From NCBI RefSeq assembly GCF_006345805.1, contig NC_043008.1:3224001-3288000 (forward strand): DNA of 64,000 nt, given 5' to 3'. The DNA is from Octopus sinensis (lineage: Eukaryota). A program made the translations under genes and the position numbers. Shown here in pieces: positions 27,190-41,789 of this stretch; position 1 is the first letter of the stretch, and each line of letters starts with the position of its first letter. Below the pieces are notes generated by a model that did no database searches, was not told the DNA's origin, and worked only from the letters and a program-made list of their open reading frames with translations.

Positions 27190-27520
27190 GTTTGGTTCGG
27201 TCATTGGATTGCGCCCATGCTAAAGCATCGCCTTGAACGGCTGATACCATGTCAATCACGCCGAAGCGCTACGTTACAGGGCGTAAACAAACCAACACTG
27301 AGTGTCAAGCCGTGTCGGGTGACAAACACATATGTACTCATGCGCTCACGTATCTATATACACAAGGAGCTTCCTCACAGTTTCCGTCTACCAAAGTTAC
27401 TCACAAGGGATTGATGATGTGTGTAACTGACATCTACCCAAGTTGCCACGCAATCGAACTGAACGTGAAACTTTGTGGTTGCAATGTGCACTTTTAGAAT
27501 CCCGCATCCATGCCTATACC
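27190..27520 (-). mobile_element. Bipartite SINE family A, degraded
   Basis: 3' module remnant, short (CA/TA) spacer and head remnant (cagtttccgtctacca...gccacgc). Confidence 0.6.
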
Positions 27521-28319
27521 TTAAAATGTAATTAATATTCCAATTTCGTAAATGAAATCCAAGCTGCGTGGATGAAACCCAGGAATCCTCAGCAATATAT
27601 GCACATACGTACCTACTCACACACACATACATAGGTATGCATATACGTATATATTTGTGTGTGTGTGTGTAACGATAGAAGGATAATGTGCCAATTTACT
27701 ACAGCTGTTTCAAAAGAATTTTTAATTGATTAAAGGACACATTCTATCTTTCGAAAAAAAAAAACGTTTTTTCTCAGGTAAATACACGAACCACAACATT
27801 TAGAAACATTCAAAAATCAGAGACGAAATGCCGTTAACATTTTAATGTTTAGAAATGGTTTGGTTCATGTATTTGGCTGATGGAAATGTTTCTTTTTTCT
27901 AATGATATGTCTCCGTTAATCAATTGAGAATTCGTAGTGAATTGATATATTATGCATCTTTTACTGTTTCTTTATTTATAATTCACTCTCATGGAACCTG
28001 CTCCCCGCGTGATACGAAGTGTATTATGGACCGTATATTTCTTGATAAGTCCAAGCGCTAGTAATTTACTCAATCGGGATTAATTAATCGTATATATAAC
28101 TTTAATATCTTTATCTCCTCTTCGGTACCCGCGTATCTTTTCGTCTATTTTTGTTGAGTACGCACTTTGACTTTGACCCAACATTATGACATACCATTTA
28201 ATGCGCGGTTCACTAGAATCCTAATCTTTCTATATATATATACATCTATCTATATCTATATATATATACATATATATATATACACATACATATATATATA
28301 TATATTAAAATTATAATTT

Positions 28320-28525
28320 AGGGTATCTAAGAGATACCGCCATGCTGGATATAGCAGCCAGAACCTGAATCGACACCAACATTAAATGTTCATACAACAC
28401 AAGGAAAGACGACAAGAAAACAGAATAAACTAGCAAAATATTACTGGATAATTACAGATCCAGGATTGCTGGCTTTGCATAACAAACGCTTTGCCTCATC
28501 AGTGGAATATACGCAGGAAGTAACA
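28320..28525 (-). mobile_element. (TA)n-embedded cassette with partial hammerhead core
   Basis: Reverse complement CTGATGA-GGC-AAA-GC at 28502-28488 followed directly by GTTT; the expected CGAAAC is missing. Confidence 0.4.
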
Positions 28526-28632
28526 TAAATACACATATATGTACATATGAAATACGAATACTTACATATACGAACGTATACTACATATATATATATACAC
28601 GTATACATACATACACACACACATATATATAT

Positions 28633-28836
28633 CTTTTACTCTTTTACTTGTTTCAGTCATTTGACTGCGGCCATGCTGGAGCACAGCCTTTAGTCGAGCA
28701 AAACGACCCCGGGACTTATTCTTTGTAAGCCCAGTACTTATTCTATCGGTCTCTTTTGCCGAACCGCTAAGTAACGGGGACATAAACACACCAGCATCGG
28801 TTGTCAAGCAATTCTAGGGGGACAAACACAGACACA

Positions 28837-28867
<31 letters not shown>

Positions 28868-28879
28868 CATATATATATA

Positions 28880-28924
<45 letters not shown>

Positions 28925-29085
28925 TACGACAGGCTTCTTTCAGTTTCCGTCTACCAAATCCACTCACAAGACATTGGTCGGCCTGGGGCTATAGCAGAAG
29001 ACAGTTGCTCAAGATGCCACGCAGTGGGACTGAACCCGGACCATGTGGTTGGTTAGCAAGCTACTTACCACACAGCCACTCCTGC

Positions 29086-29088
<3 letters not shown>
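28633..29088 (-). mobile_element. Bipartite SINE family A, complete
   Basis: 3' module 28633-28826, microsatellite 28827-28925, tRNA head 28926-29088. Confidence 0.88.
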
Positions 29089-29127
<39 letters not shown>

Positions 29128-29153
29128 TATATATACATATATATATGAGTGTG

Positions 29154-29184
<31 letters not shown>

Positions 29185-29192
29185 CACATACA

Positions 29193-29223
<31 letters not shown>

Positions 29224-30684
29224 GGTGTGTGTGTGTATGTACGTATGCATGTATGTATGTATATGTACATGTGTGTGTGTATGTATATATGTATGTATGT
29301 ATGTATGTATGCATGTATTCATGCATGTATGTACATGTAGATGCATAAAAAAACATTTGTCAAAATTTCTGCAGAAAACATATTTTCAATTTAACAGATG
29401 ATGATGTTATTTTCGCGTTTCAACGCAGCAGTGGCAAACATGTGTTGTTATTCGTCAAACTGCATATTTCTCACTTTGCTCTTGTTATTAGTGTTAGACT
29501 TAATTTTGTCCTTTTTTTTTTTACTTTTGTTATTTCTGCATAATTTTCCTCTGCTAATTCGCGCTTTCGCTGTTTGCTTGCTTCTCTTCTTCAATGTTTT
29601 ACATTCTGTGTTTCCAGTTTAATTTGTTGCTTATCATATTTGCTACAGGTGCTTTAGCAGTTTAAATAGCCATTATACTTACGTACTTGTTTGTTTGTTT
29701 TTTAACCATTTCTATTAATTTTTTTGTTTTTCTGTTGATTATGTTAGATTGCACCGGACATAGTACGAAGGGGGTGGCGATGTTCATTTTGGTGGCAGTG
29801 CGAGGGATGTCGTTGGTGGTATTAATGTTAGAGTTAGTAGCGATGCTGGTGGTGTTAAAATTATTCGCGGTGATGTCCGTGGTCGGGACGGTGGTGATAG
29901 TATTAGTATCGCCTTTAGTGTTGTAATAGACGGTGGGGGTTGATGTTGTTATTGATGTTGATGCGGTGCTGGCGAAGGTGTTCCTGCGTATTTTCAACGC
30001 TATATTTTGCATCGGTGTTGGCGTTGTTGCAAACGTTATTTTGTGTGTGCGCATGCGTGTATCTATGTATGTGCATATTAGCGTAGGATATGCGTATGTA
30101 TGTGTGCGCATGTCTTTCATAGATGTGGCGGTGGGTTTTATGGCGGTTGTTGCGGTAGAGTATGGAATGGTGGTGTCGCTGCTCACAACTTAGTTATATT
30201 TAAAGTTGTTGAAATAAACAGTTTAAGAGAATCTCTGGAGGTTAACTGTCCAAACACCGAAGCTATTATTTTCATGTATTACTAAAAATAATCATTTTTG
30301 TTTTATATATTCTAATTCTCTAAAGAACTGCTCATCAATAACATTATTTTAAAACCAATTAGACAAATTAAACAAATTACCTAGAGTCTGAGAGAAACAA
30401 AAGGTAACACACTTTAACACTAAAAATATTTTGGTTCAGTGGAGAACGCGGCGATGGTTGTGGCGGCTGTTGTTTTATTGTTGGTAGCGGTGGTGGGGGC
30501 CGGTGGAGGATGTAATGGTGGAGGTGAGCGAGATGGGTTTCTTTTTGCATTTATATATAGATGCATGTATGCACGTATATGTGCGTGTGTATGTTTGTAT
30601 ATGTATATATATATATATGTATGTGTGTACGTATGTTCGTGTTTATGTCTCTATCCATTTATCTATCTACCTATATATCCATCA

Positions 30685-30723
<39 letters not shown>

Positions 30724-30758
30724 ATATATATACATATTTATATATATATACATATATA

Positions 30759-30812
<54 letters not shown>

Positions 30813-30841
30813 TATATTATATATATGTATATATATGTATG

Positions 30842-30901
<60 letters not shown>

Positions 30902-30902
30902 C

Positions 30903-30956
<54 letters not shown>

Positions 30957-31289
30957 TATAAAAATACACAGCAAAAACATCGCTATATTACTGCAATCTG
31001 CAGTTAGCATACCTAAAACTATGATGCTCTGTAATATTTGAGATATAAATTCAGCAAAATCCTTAATGTGAAGAACCACGCATCACAAATACACCTATTA
31101 GGGAACTGACATCCAAGTCTCTCTTAAACTATGATGTGTGTGTGTGTTTGTGTGTGTGCGTGTCGCTGGAAAAGGAAAAATAAGTTAAGTCCATGGCTAT
31201 GCGGATAATTCGAAAATAATTCACGGAATGACGACTCTATATCCTGCATAGTCATGGGTTACCTTTTGGAAGGCATAGAATTATTTCAG

Positions 31290-31450
31290 TCATCCTGCTT
31301 GGGATATAGTGAAGTCTTGGGACCACAGCATGGCAAACTGTGAAGAGGTGACAGAAAAGCTCAACTGAATCAACCGTCCTACTTACATTGATGCTGGACC
31401 AGAGAAATACAAGAAGATTAAACGGGTAGAATCACAAACCTCTATCAGGA
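31290..31450 (+). mobile_element. Possible RTE-type LINE 3' remnant
   Basis: GPQHGKL*RG and RPTYIDA resemble the P.HGK..RGR...TY.D motif at the end of RTE ORF2. Confidence 0.35.
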
Positions 31451-31859
31451 GAGTAACAACAACGCATCCGTACGTATGGCGTCCATGGTTTTGCAATCAG
31501 CTAATGAAGGATTCACTATGAGTCAAGCTCTCAGTTCGAATTCGTAATAATGGAATTGGATGGCGACAGAGAGTCAGGGGTATCTGCGAATGCAGTGAGA
31601 AAAGCAACTGAGGTACAATGAGCCTAGATCTACCCTCTCTAGTAGATAAACGACATTGCAGGTCACCGATCCGGAATGCCATTTGGTTATACATATTGTA
31701 TATTCGAACTAAATTTGACGATTTTTATGTCTCTTTTAGGTTTTTTTTTCGGGATCAGTTTGATGTATTGGTAAACAATCAACAACGTCGGAAAGTGTGG
31801 GAATTAAAGATGTAGTTGAGAAAATATTAGCTTATATGCAGGATTGGAAGTCATTTGAA

Positions 31860-32325
31860 TATTGGAAAAGAATTATATGTATCATGATAATTCGCGCCAA
31901 GCATCAAGATGCCACCAAAACACTGTAACGGCTTTAAGATGTGACATGGACACCTGCAATGCAGACTGCGCCCAAAAGGAAAGGACACAACAGCGTTGTA
32001 AGTGCATTTGCACGCCGGTATTTATCCCTTTGAACAGGTCTTAAGATCAGTTCAGACGGATATGTAAAGCTACTGGAGACCGTGGTCAAACACTGGAAAG
32101 CATTGTTACTGGAAGATCTGTGGAAATAAGATCTGGCTCCTTGCCAAACCTCCGGCAAGCGTAGGAACTGATTGTCATCCTATGGATTCATATTACATGT
32201 GAGGCGCGGTTGAGAAAGACGATAAGCATTTTGCTTGTCACGGTAAATCCGAGTTGGTGGTCAAGTTTAAGGTGTTCCAAGATTTTCCCAGGGACACCAT
32301 GGGCATGCATGAGCCAGATTGCGTA
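31860..32325 (+). mobile_element. maT/DD37D-like transposase pseudogene, internally deleted
   Basis: SDGYVKLLETVVKHW...DLAPCQTSGK...YYM*GAVEKD...KSELVVK.KVFQDFPRDT; same family as 17276-17715. Confidence 0.8.
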
Positions 32326-34819
32326 TATATATATATATACATATGTGTGTGTGTGTGTGTGCGTGTGTGTGTGTATGGACTGGCAATATCTTCATTGAGC
32401 CCGAGGGAAGCAAATGGAAACTTGACTGCGGCAGGATAAGAACACAGGACACAGAGAGTTGGATTAATACGCCCCGGGTTTAAGATATATGAACTGTATA
32501 GATATGAGATACTCTTCACAATCTCAAATCCCTATTTTCCACCCTATATGCATTTGGGACAAGTATCCCCACAATAGCGTCACGTGATTATCCATGGCAT
32601 GTAAGCGGAGGTAGTTGTATTTAAGGATAGAGCGACAGCTATGGGACAATGTAGAGGACTTATTTAGCAAATGAAACTGTTCAGTAAGTTTGCGTTAACG
32701 ACTGAACATGGCATTGTCACTGATGTTCATACAATTTTCTTAGGGTTTATGAGAAATGTTGTTTCTTGACAAACATAATTCTAGAATAACAAAATGTTAA
32801 ACGTTTGTAAGACGAGTGACGATTTTTTTTTATTATTGGGACTAATATGTTGATGTTAACTCTTGACAATTAGTTTTAATTTGGTTAATTCTTGTTGTTA
32901 TTACACGCATATGAATTACAAGAAAATTGTAACCGAGAATGCAATCTTTACACAGACATTCTTTAGTATGCTTGGCCTTAAGCTGTAGGTCATTTAATTC
33001 GTCTGGCCATATGACTAAGTCATATCCCTCTCACCAAGAAAATATGCCAAGGTCCATCAGATGGTCTCTTTTTGAAATTCGAACGCTGACCTTTGTTTCA
33101 GATTGTTAAATATATATTCTTGCGTTGCAGAAGACAAGAAATACGTGTGGAATATTCGGCCGCTTGCACTATATTTCACAGACAATTCCAACCGTTGAAC
33201 ATATGGAACACATCATATGGTGTGGACGTTTTGGTAAATTATTGCAATGTAGAGATGATATTATGTCTTAATGATGCTTGAGCAATAAAAGGTTAAGACA
33301 CGCTTCATTGGTTTTCGTTTCACAGTCAACAGCCGTGCAATTACTCGTGAATTACCGCTAAACATTTATTCGATCGCCAAGCAACAATTCTAATCTCACC
33401 GGATTCGTTAATTTTAAGTGATTGAATCCTATCACTGTCCAATATAAATTCTAGTTTTCGTCGTAGCCGTCGTTGCGGTAGTTGTTGTAGTTATTGTCGG
33501 TGGTGATGGTGGTGATGGTGGTGATGGTGGCGGTGCTGCTGCTGATGCTACTACTGCTACCGCTGCTGAAAGTGTTGCTGTGGTGTTTTCATCTCTCCCG
33601 CAGCCCAGGCCGGTCAGGCCTATGTTTAAATCCATTCCAGTCATCGTGATCCTTTGCACTTTCTTTTGGAAGCTATGTAGTTCTACATTTTCAGCTACTA
33701 TGTCTAGCAAGTCGAGCTCTGCAGTAATGAGGGCCTCATATAATAGCCAAGCCTGGATTATTCAATAAGTCGTTCGTCTGAAGAAAAGGAACTGACATGC
33801 AGCGGGATTTGAGTTATATTTGGTTACTCTTCCTAGCATGTTCGGTCCTTCTTCAGTTCGTGTTGCTGTTAACTGTGAATAATGATCAAACGTTAAAATA
33901 TTGGTCTAATTCTCTTAAGGAAATGGAATTAATTTCTTCAATTTCTGCGTAGTATAATTATATTTATTAGCTTTGTCACATCATCAAAGCGTATGTCAGT
34001 GGATTCCTTTGTACCATATTTCTGGCAATAACATCTGCTAATTGCTCCCCAGGCCTTCATTTAACATCAATTAATCCTTTTACAAGTAGATGTTCTTATT
34101 CATTTACTAGTTTCATGTATTGGACTCTGGCCATGTCGGACATCGGTGAGCATAGTGTAATCGATGTCATTAACTACGTTAGCTATTTCAAAGTCATAAG
34201 GAAGCTGAACACGGAAATCACTTGGCAGGGATTTGATCTTGGAACATATGGAATATTTGTCGTACGCTCTACTGATTCGACCAATCCTTCGCCAGAATAT
34301 TCCAGTCCGATATTCTATTACTAGTTTATTGGTAATACATATATATTATATAATCTTTATATAATGTTGATACTGAATTTTATAAGAAACTTATTGTGAA
34401 AGAACCGAATAGTGAATATAAGCACACAGCCAGTGAAGCCTCTACGATAAATAACAGGAGGTTCAACGTAGTTACAGAGCTCGGAATAGAAGATAGAATG
34501 AATCTGATTCAACACTTAGAATATCAAGTTTTAAATTTTGATTAAAAAGTTTACTTCACACACATCTCAATTTGACATGAATACCCGAACCACCAAGCCA
34601 CACACCTTCACACAGGATCATAGGATTTTCTGAAATATTTTGGAAAACACTCGATGATGCTGCCGTAATGCTTTACTCTTAGCATAAAATATCTATTTCT
34701 TCCATTCCATCTTTCTGCTCAATACTATGATATGTTCTTTCCATTTAATTTGTAATTTCTTCGTCAATAGCTATATGTATTTATTTACTCATCTATATTG
34801 ATGTTTCTTATTGTATGCG

Positions 34820-34960
34820 GAGAATTCACAAAGAAAAAGACGAAGATAGGTTGTGAAGACAACAAATGTATTTGTATAACACTCGGGAAGTGAAAAACTC
34901 TTTAACGGTTTCGAACCTACGCTCTTCCACAGAAAGGAACACAGAAAGAAACAATGAGAG
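34820..34960 (-). mobile_element. Second copy of the 2530-2662 cassette
   Basis: Reverse complement cttt-CTGTGGA-A-GAGC-GTAG-GTTC-GAAAC-CGTT-aaag, plus a homologous downstream body. Confidence 0.6.
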
Positions 34961-36471
34961 AAAATGAAGAATGTTTAGTGGCTAGTGATCTTTCATCCTC
35001 TTTATTATCCATGCAGTATCACATTGACTCATCACATAATTTTCTCTAATAATAATAATATTCTGTGCCCTAACGGCACATTCTATGGTTTTCACAATGG
35101 ATAATATAGCTCAAAATATAGTGTGAGGAGGACAAAAGAAAGTACGACTATACAAGTCTGCCTCAATCTAATAATTTTATCACAACTAATGCGAAAGGCT
35201 GGTTGTAGCGACATGACCGCACTGAGCACAGTGTGATAGCTGAGCCACAACGATTGCCGAACGCCGTTATGCGACTGGATGCCTGGGTGCGACCACAGTC
35301 GTGGCTTCCGTTGCATTCAATAACCCTAGAATTGCCACAGTTGTCTGCCCTCCTCATGGTGAGGAATGCAGTCCTGACGATTAGGCCTATATGATATGAA
35401 CTAACTTTGGTTTAAATTGCAGGCAAATGGAAACCATGGTCATAATCGCGCACACATGTTCTTAGGATATGCATGAACCCAACATGTAATATTCCTTTAG
35501 ATAAACTTGAAAAGATGGGTCAAGTTACAATGCATTAATGATGGATTGAGACTGATAACAATAACAGAAAAACTACCATCCGTCTCAACTCCGCGCGCGT
35601 GCGTGTTTGTGCGTATGTTTAACAACGGGTTTATCACCTCAAATTGGTGAAGATTGTATCCCTAGAATGCAAGAGGTATGAGATTTGCATTCCATTGGTG
35701 TGTTTATATCTCACTTGTATATTTAATCTTGGTGTCTCTATAATCATTTTGAAATTAAAATGATATCAGATGCTTTCAAATTAAATTTTAATTAGCTCCG
35801 CTTAAGAAATATCACGCTAGAATCTGTTAAATATAATTCAATTAACCTGATATAAGAAGTAATACATGACATTCATGATTTCGATAAATATATTTTATCA
35901 GCATAGAAAGTACCAGATTCTGTGCATTTTCAACATTGCTGAATATTTTGAATTCTATAACTGCTTATTCTTTATTTTATATTTATTTTTATGATTCTTC
36001 TTCATATTGGTAAAAACATATATATATATAAATAAAAACATGAGAAAGAAGATAATTTTTGTAACTTCAATAAATCAATATTGCTTTCCTAGAATAGGTT
36101 AATTAATAATTTGTTTGTTTATGTGTGTTTGTTTTAGTTGCTTCTTTTTCCGTTTGTTTTAGTGAAAGGGTCAGTAACCCTCATAGATTCCATTGGCAAT
36201 TACTGTAAAGATTACGGAAAAAAGAAACAAACAAAATGAGAAATCTGCCAGTTGTATGTGTCAAAGCTATAGAATGTGTGAGAGAAGCAATAATTGCTTG
36301 TTTGTGTGGTTCTGTTTGCATTGTGTTGATGTTTATTCTTATTTTTATTTGCTTATTAAAGAAGAAAATAACAAAATGGAATTCGGAACAATAAAAGTAA
36401 ACCCTGACAAGTGAAAGTTTTAATTTCACCGGCAAGAGGCGAGAGCAACAATATAAAACCTCACTTGATGG

Positions 36472-36485
36472 GTTGCCATGGTGAC
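36472..36485. promoter_or_regulatory. RFX X-box-like palindrome
   Basis: GTTGCCATGGTGAC fits GTYRCCATGGYRAC; atataaaa lies at 36451-36458. Confidence 0.35.
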
Positions 36486-37554
36486 TCTGGATCATCTTTG
36501 ATGTTGATTACTCTCTATCATGACAGACAATGACAAGCAGTTTTAATTTTCTCTAGAAATTCTGCAATATTGTTTGTGGCTCCTCTTTTCAGAGTTGATA
36601 AAATCTGCCGAAGTAGCAGCACTAAACAAAGGAACAACAACAACGAAAACAACGACAACAACACCAACGACAACAACACCAACGACACAGTTCCATCTCG
36701 ACAGCAGTTTCACTAATTTTATCACTTCTGAGATCAATAGAACGGCTTCTCTATTTTTGGTTTTTCATAATTTGCACTCCACAGTTTTCCATTTAACATT
36801 GTCAGTTATGCGAACAATCATAAAACTGAGATGATTTTGTCTCCGTATATTTTATAATTCAATTACTTCTGATTATCAGAATAATTTGAATTCAACTCTC
36901 TGTTCACAACGTATGTTATGAAGGTTTCACTGCGTTACATTTCATTTCGCTTTCTAAATAACTTTACATTGTCGTGTTAAGTCCTATTAGATGGAATAAT
37001 GTGTGAAACGCAACAAAATTTCAATAAATATTCAACATTGTTCTCGGATATGTTTTAAACATCACATATTACACCTCCGTCAAAATTAACCACTATTGTA
37101 TGGCATAATACAGTAATAAGCCTTCCGAATATTTACTGCCATGATTTTCACTTTCCAGTGCCAAACACATACACACGTATACATGTGTGTGCATAGTCAT
37201 ACATTCATGGACACAAATGTATACACACACACATACACATATGTATGCGGCTGTGTGGGCGCATGGGTGTTGTGTATGCTGTTGTGTCTTTGTGTGTGTG
37301 TGTGTATTTGTGTGTCTCATAAAAGAGTCGGTCCATAAATTATTTAATTTCATCACGTCGAAGCATTTCAGTGAAATTGCCGTGTTATCCAACGCAGGGT
37401 AGATAACCAGTTTTTTAGGTTTTCACTAACTCAGAGACTCAAACCGTTCGTCATCTCGGATGAAGTGGTTAACTGGAAATGTCTATCTATCTATTTATCA
37501 CCCTCTTTCCCTCTCTCTTTCTTTCTATCTAACTACTTATCTATCTATCTATAT

Positions 37555-37756
<202 letters not shown>

Positions 37757-38075
37757 CTTCTTCAAACCTAGATGTAGCTGCCGTATTTTTGTGAAATGTG
37801 CTATTTCTAACAGATTAGGTGACTACGTAGAAGCTAATCCTTCGAAGGCGCTTTACGTCTGGGGCTGTTGACATTTGTTGATTTTAGAGCTCAATTCTGA
37901 AACCCCACCATTCTTAGTACCTGGTTGCAATTTATAAACTGCTAAATAATCCTTTCTACCATAAGCACAAAGTGGATCGAGTTACTAGACTACATGGACT
38001 CCAGTGATCGACTGGTTATTTATTTCTCCAAACTTGAAAGCAAATTTGGCCTCGCTGTAACCGCAACTTAGAGAG

Positions 38076-38298
38076 AACAAGGGTGTCCTGAAAAGTTCCT
38101 GGCTTTGAGTAAAGGAAAATACAGAAGGATCAGTTAATTACGACTTTACTCAATATATTCCCCTGCCAGATTCACGCACTTATTGAAGCGTTCTTTCGGT
38201 TTTTCTAAGCACTGTGAAAAAAAACTGGGAGGATTGGACCTCTAGCCAGGCCTTTCGTAATAACTTTAAAGTCAGGGACTTTCAGCCCCACATCCGTA
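38076..38298. mobile_element. mariner-derived MITE (~220 bp)
   Basis: acaagggtgtcctgaaaagttcctggcttt ... aaagtcagggactttcagccccacatccgta; the TIR core gaaaagttc is shared with the mariner at 45770-47029. Confidence 0.65.
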
Positions 38299-40796
38299 AA
38301 ATCGAAAGAAATGCCGTTATGCATTTTCTCTGACTTCTTAACAATTCTGCCAACTCGCTGAGACTAATAGTGTAACCTAGAGAAAGCTTAGTAATTTACT
38401 GCAGTGGGTTAGTCCAATCAATGGAATTTATCTCATTAATGCGCATAGCGAAATTACTACAAAAGTTTACAAAGACTTAACAACTTACAACTGTGCATAA
38501 CATATTACTGTATGTATTTTTGTCACTATAGATTCAACCGCTGATATTTCTGCGTTTAGCATTCGGGCACAAGTCAATGCTAACAAAGGCTATACAGCAT
38601 CGGCGTTATTTTGTTTCCTAGGAACGCAATCATACGGATTCGCGCAAATCTCTCACCTCGCTTATATAGCAAATCGACATGAAAAATATCAAAAAGATGG
38701 CTTAACTTACATAAAGTTTTGTTTTGGTTAAAGAGTCAAAAATTATTCTTAAATACAGAGGGTAATTTTTGTCTTATCTCTAGTATGTTACGTGACCAAG
38801 GAGATCTTACGAGATACGCCGTAATATAAATCATCAAAGGAGTGTTTTGTGATACAATCAAAAAGTGTCTTCATTCACTCATCCTCCCGTTTATTAATAA
38901 TATGAATGTTTATGATATACACCTCACGCTTCATCCACGTATACTCTGTCGTAGCAATTAAATAGAAACAGAATCTGTAATAGATTTACCAACAGAAGTC
39001 AACTTATTATTGAAATTGTAGTTATTATTATTTTCATTGTTTTCCTCTAAAAGAAAATCTTCAAAGGCCAAAAGCAACGATCCGCTTCCTCATTGCAACT
39101 GATGTTGAAGACATCACATTAATTATAGAAATGAGAAAACGGAAGATAAAAGTGTTAATGTCATAAGATTTGTGCTCAAGGGGTTAACATACTGGAATCC
39201 TGATCTGATGCCGAGAAGTTCAAGTCTACCTGCAGCCAATGTGTCATTGTTATGTTTATAGTTCAAGCGTCCTGAATAAGCAGATAGGTTTAAAGCGCAT
39301 GACAAAATTCGTGACAAAACAGCTTTCGTTTCCGGATAATGTATGGCCGTATCTATTTCAAGTTGTAACAGCGATGTTCGAGTGAGATTTGGCTCTTATT
39401 TTGAAATCCTATCGGCTAATAAAATAAAGAATTTGCTGTTATACATATTGGTAATGCAACTACTCAGCCTCCCTTCTAGACAGCTGATGCTGCTTTCTAA
39501 GAAGTGTAGAGACAATTAAGATAGCACTAAATACGTTTCTGAGTTTATAGAATTCGTTCCAGCTACGATACAATGACGGTTAGCACTATTCAATTTTGAA
39601 AGTCAACTCAAAATGATGAGAATATTGCACGTAGCAAAATAAAGAATGAATATAGTTTCCATAGATAATTAATATATAATATTAATTTCTTAACTACAAG
39701 CCTTTGTATCTTATCGTCCTTGTAGTTTATCAATCAAAACCTTTAAACCCGCTGCCAACGTGTCGATAATTGCTTCAATATTCAAATAAAGCTCAATCTT
39801 GTTGCTTATAGTTTATTTTCAAGTGTGAGATAATTAATATTATGCAAAATAATTATGGAGACTTCAATATATCTAATTCTATCACTGCAGCTTTTTATTT
39901 CAGATGCCAGGCATTTAAATACATTATGCTTTAATAAGTCTTACAGATTACAGATTTCCGTATTTTGATGATATATCTAATTCCAATCATGATATGAAAG
40001 AGTGAAGCCGATTACAAAGGAATTAATTTTGTCATTTGAATTTTTGATGCAGGAAAGATTTTTAACATTGAGTGGCATTTTTTTCTATTCCCAAATACGT
40101 TGCCACTGCATAAGTGTATTCCGTGCTATTTTCCACTTATATAGAAATTATACTCATGTAAATGTGATGTTTGATCTAAAATACTTCATATCTTTAACAA
40201 TACTTTTTGTGCGAGTATTTCTTATAGTAAGATGATAACCGACAGAAGCTTTGTAATTGATGGCTATTGATTTTGTCTTTATACAATTTATATACAAACA
40301 GCGAACAACAAAATTACGTATAAAAAAAGGTAGATTGCGTATTTGAATAGAAATAAATTTTAAAATGGCAATATTAAAATCTAAACGGTGGGACTAAGTG
40401 GCATGCTGAACATTTTTCGGAAATGTACTTACTGACATTGTATTGTTAATATATATTGTGTTCGAAAATTACACTAAAAGCATAAATATAAGAGAAGAAA
40501 CATTATTTATGAAACGTCTCAAACTGGATTGAATGCAAGATTTATGATGACATAAATAAGCATGATATCAAATGAATCAAAAAGTAAAATGTTCTTTAAT
40601 AATTTATTACATTCAATAGAGTTTGTTAAATAGATTTTTAATGTGACTTCGTCTCTCTTCTGCTTTCGGTAATTTTTATAATTTAAAAAACTAGAGATAA
40701 AATCATGTTAAGTTTTCTTTTCTGTCTAACTTGTTTATATACATTTTTAGTAACATTTTCATATAATACATATACATACATACATATACCTACTTT

Positions 40797-40884
<88 letters not shown>

Positions 40885-40918
40885 GTATGTATATATATAT
40901 ATATTATATATATATATG

Positions 40919-40997
<79 letters not shown>

Positions 40998-41510
40998 GTA
41001 TATGCACACATATGTATGTACGTATGGTCCTATAAATGTTTTATCCAAACATATTTATGTATACTGAACTTACAAAAACATTGGAGGAATTAAGGTATAT
41101 TCAGTTGACTTTTCTTTCAGTTCCTCCTCTCTCTCTCTCTCTCTCTCTCTCGGTATGACACAGACGTTAGTGTTGGGGTGGGACATACCCCTTGCATGCA
41201 CGTGTTACTGAGTTCGATCCTACCCTGTAACAACCTGGACAACAGCCTTTCTTTGTGCGCTTGAAGTGTCTGTAAGTATTTTTGTATATTTTGGAGCCGT
41301 TTATGTCCTCAATCTTTCCAATCCCACAAGCAGATACTGGTAAATAAAGTGGCAGATTGAAGTAAATAAAACAATCGATATGATGGACGAGCGTTTGGGA
41401 TAGCGCTGGTTTAGGATAATCTAAGGAAGTAAAATAAATAATTTCACATAGAAAAGAGATACACAAATTTGTGTACATACATACGTACAAACATATATGT
41501 ATATATATAT

Positions 41511-41629
<119 letters not shown>

Positions 41630-41655
41630 ATCTATGTGTATGTATATATATATAT

Positions 41656-41703
<48 letters not shown>

Positions 41704-41746
41704 ATCTATGCGTATGTGTGTATTTACACACACACACACACACGCA

Positions 41747-41782
<36 letters not shown>

Positions 41783-41789
41783 TATCTTG

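Noticed and set aside
35092-35357. Cys-rich ORFs on the minus strand
   Set aside because: Cys spacing fits no domain I recognise and there is no splice support.
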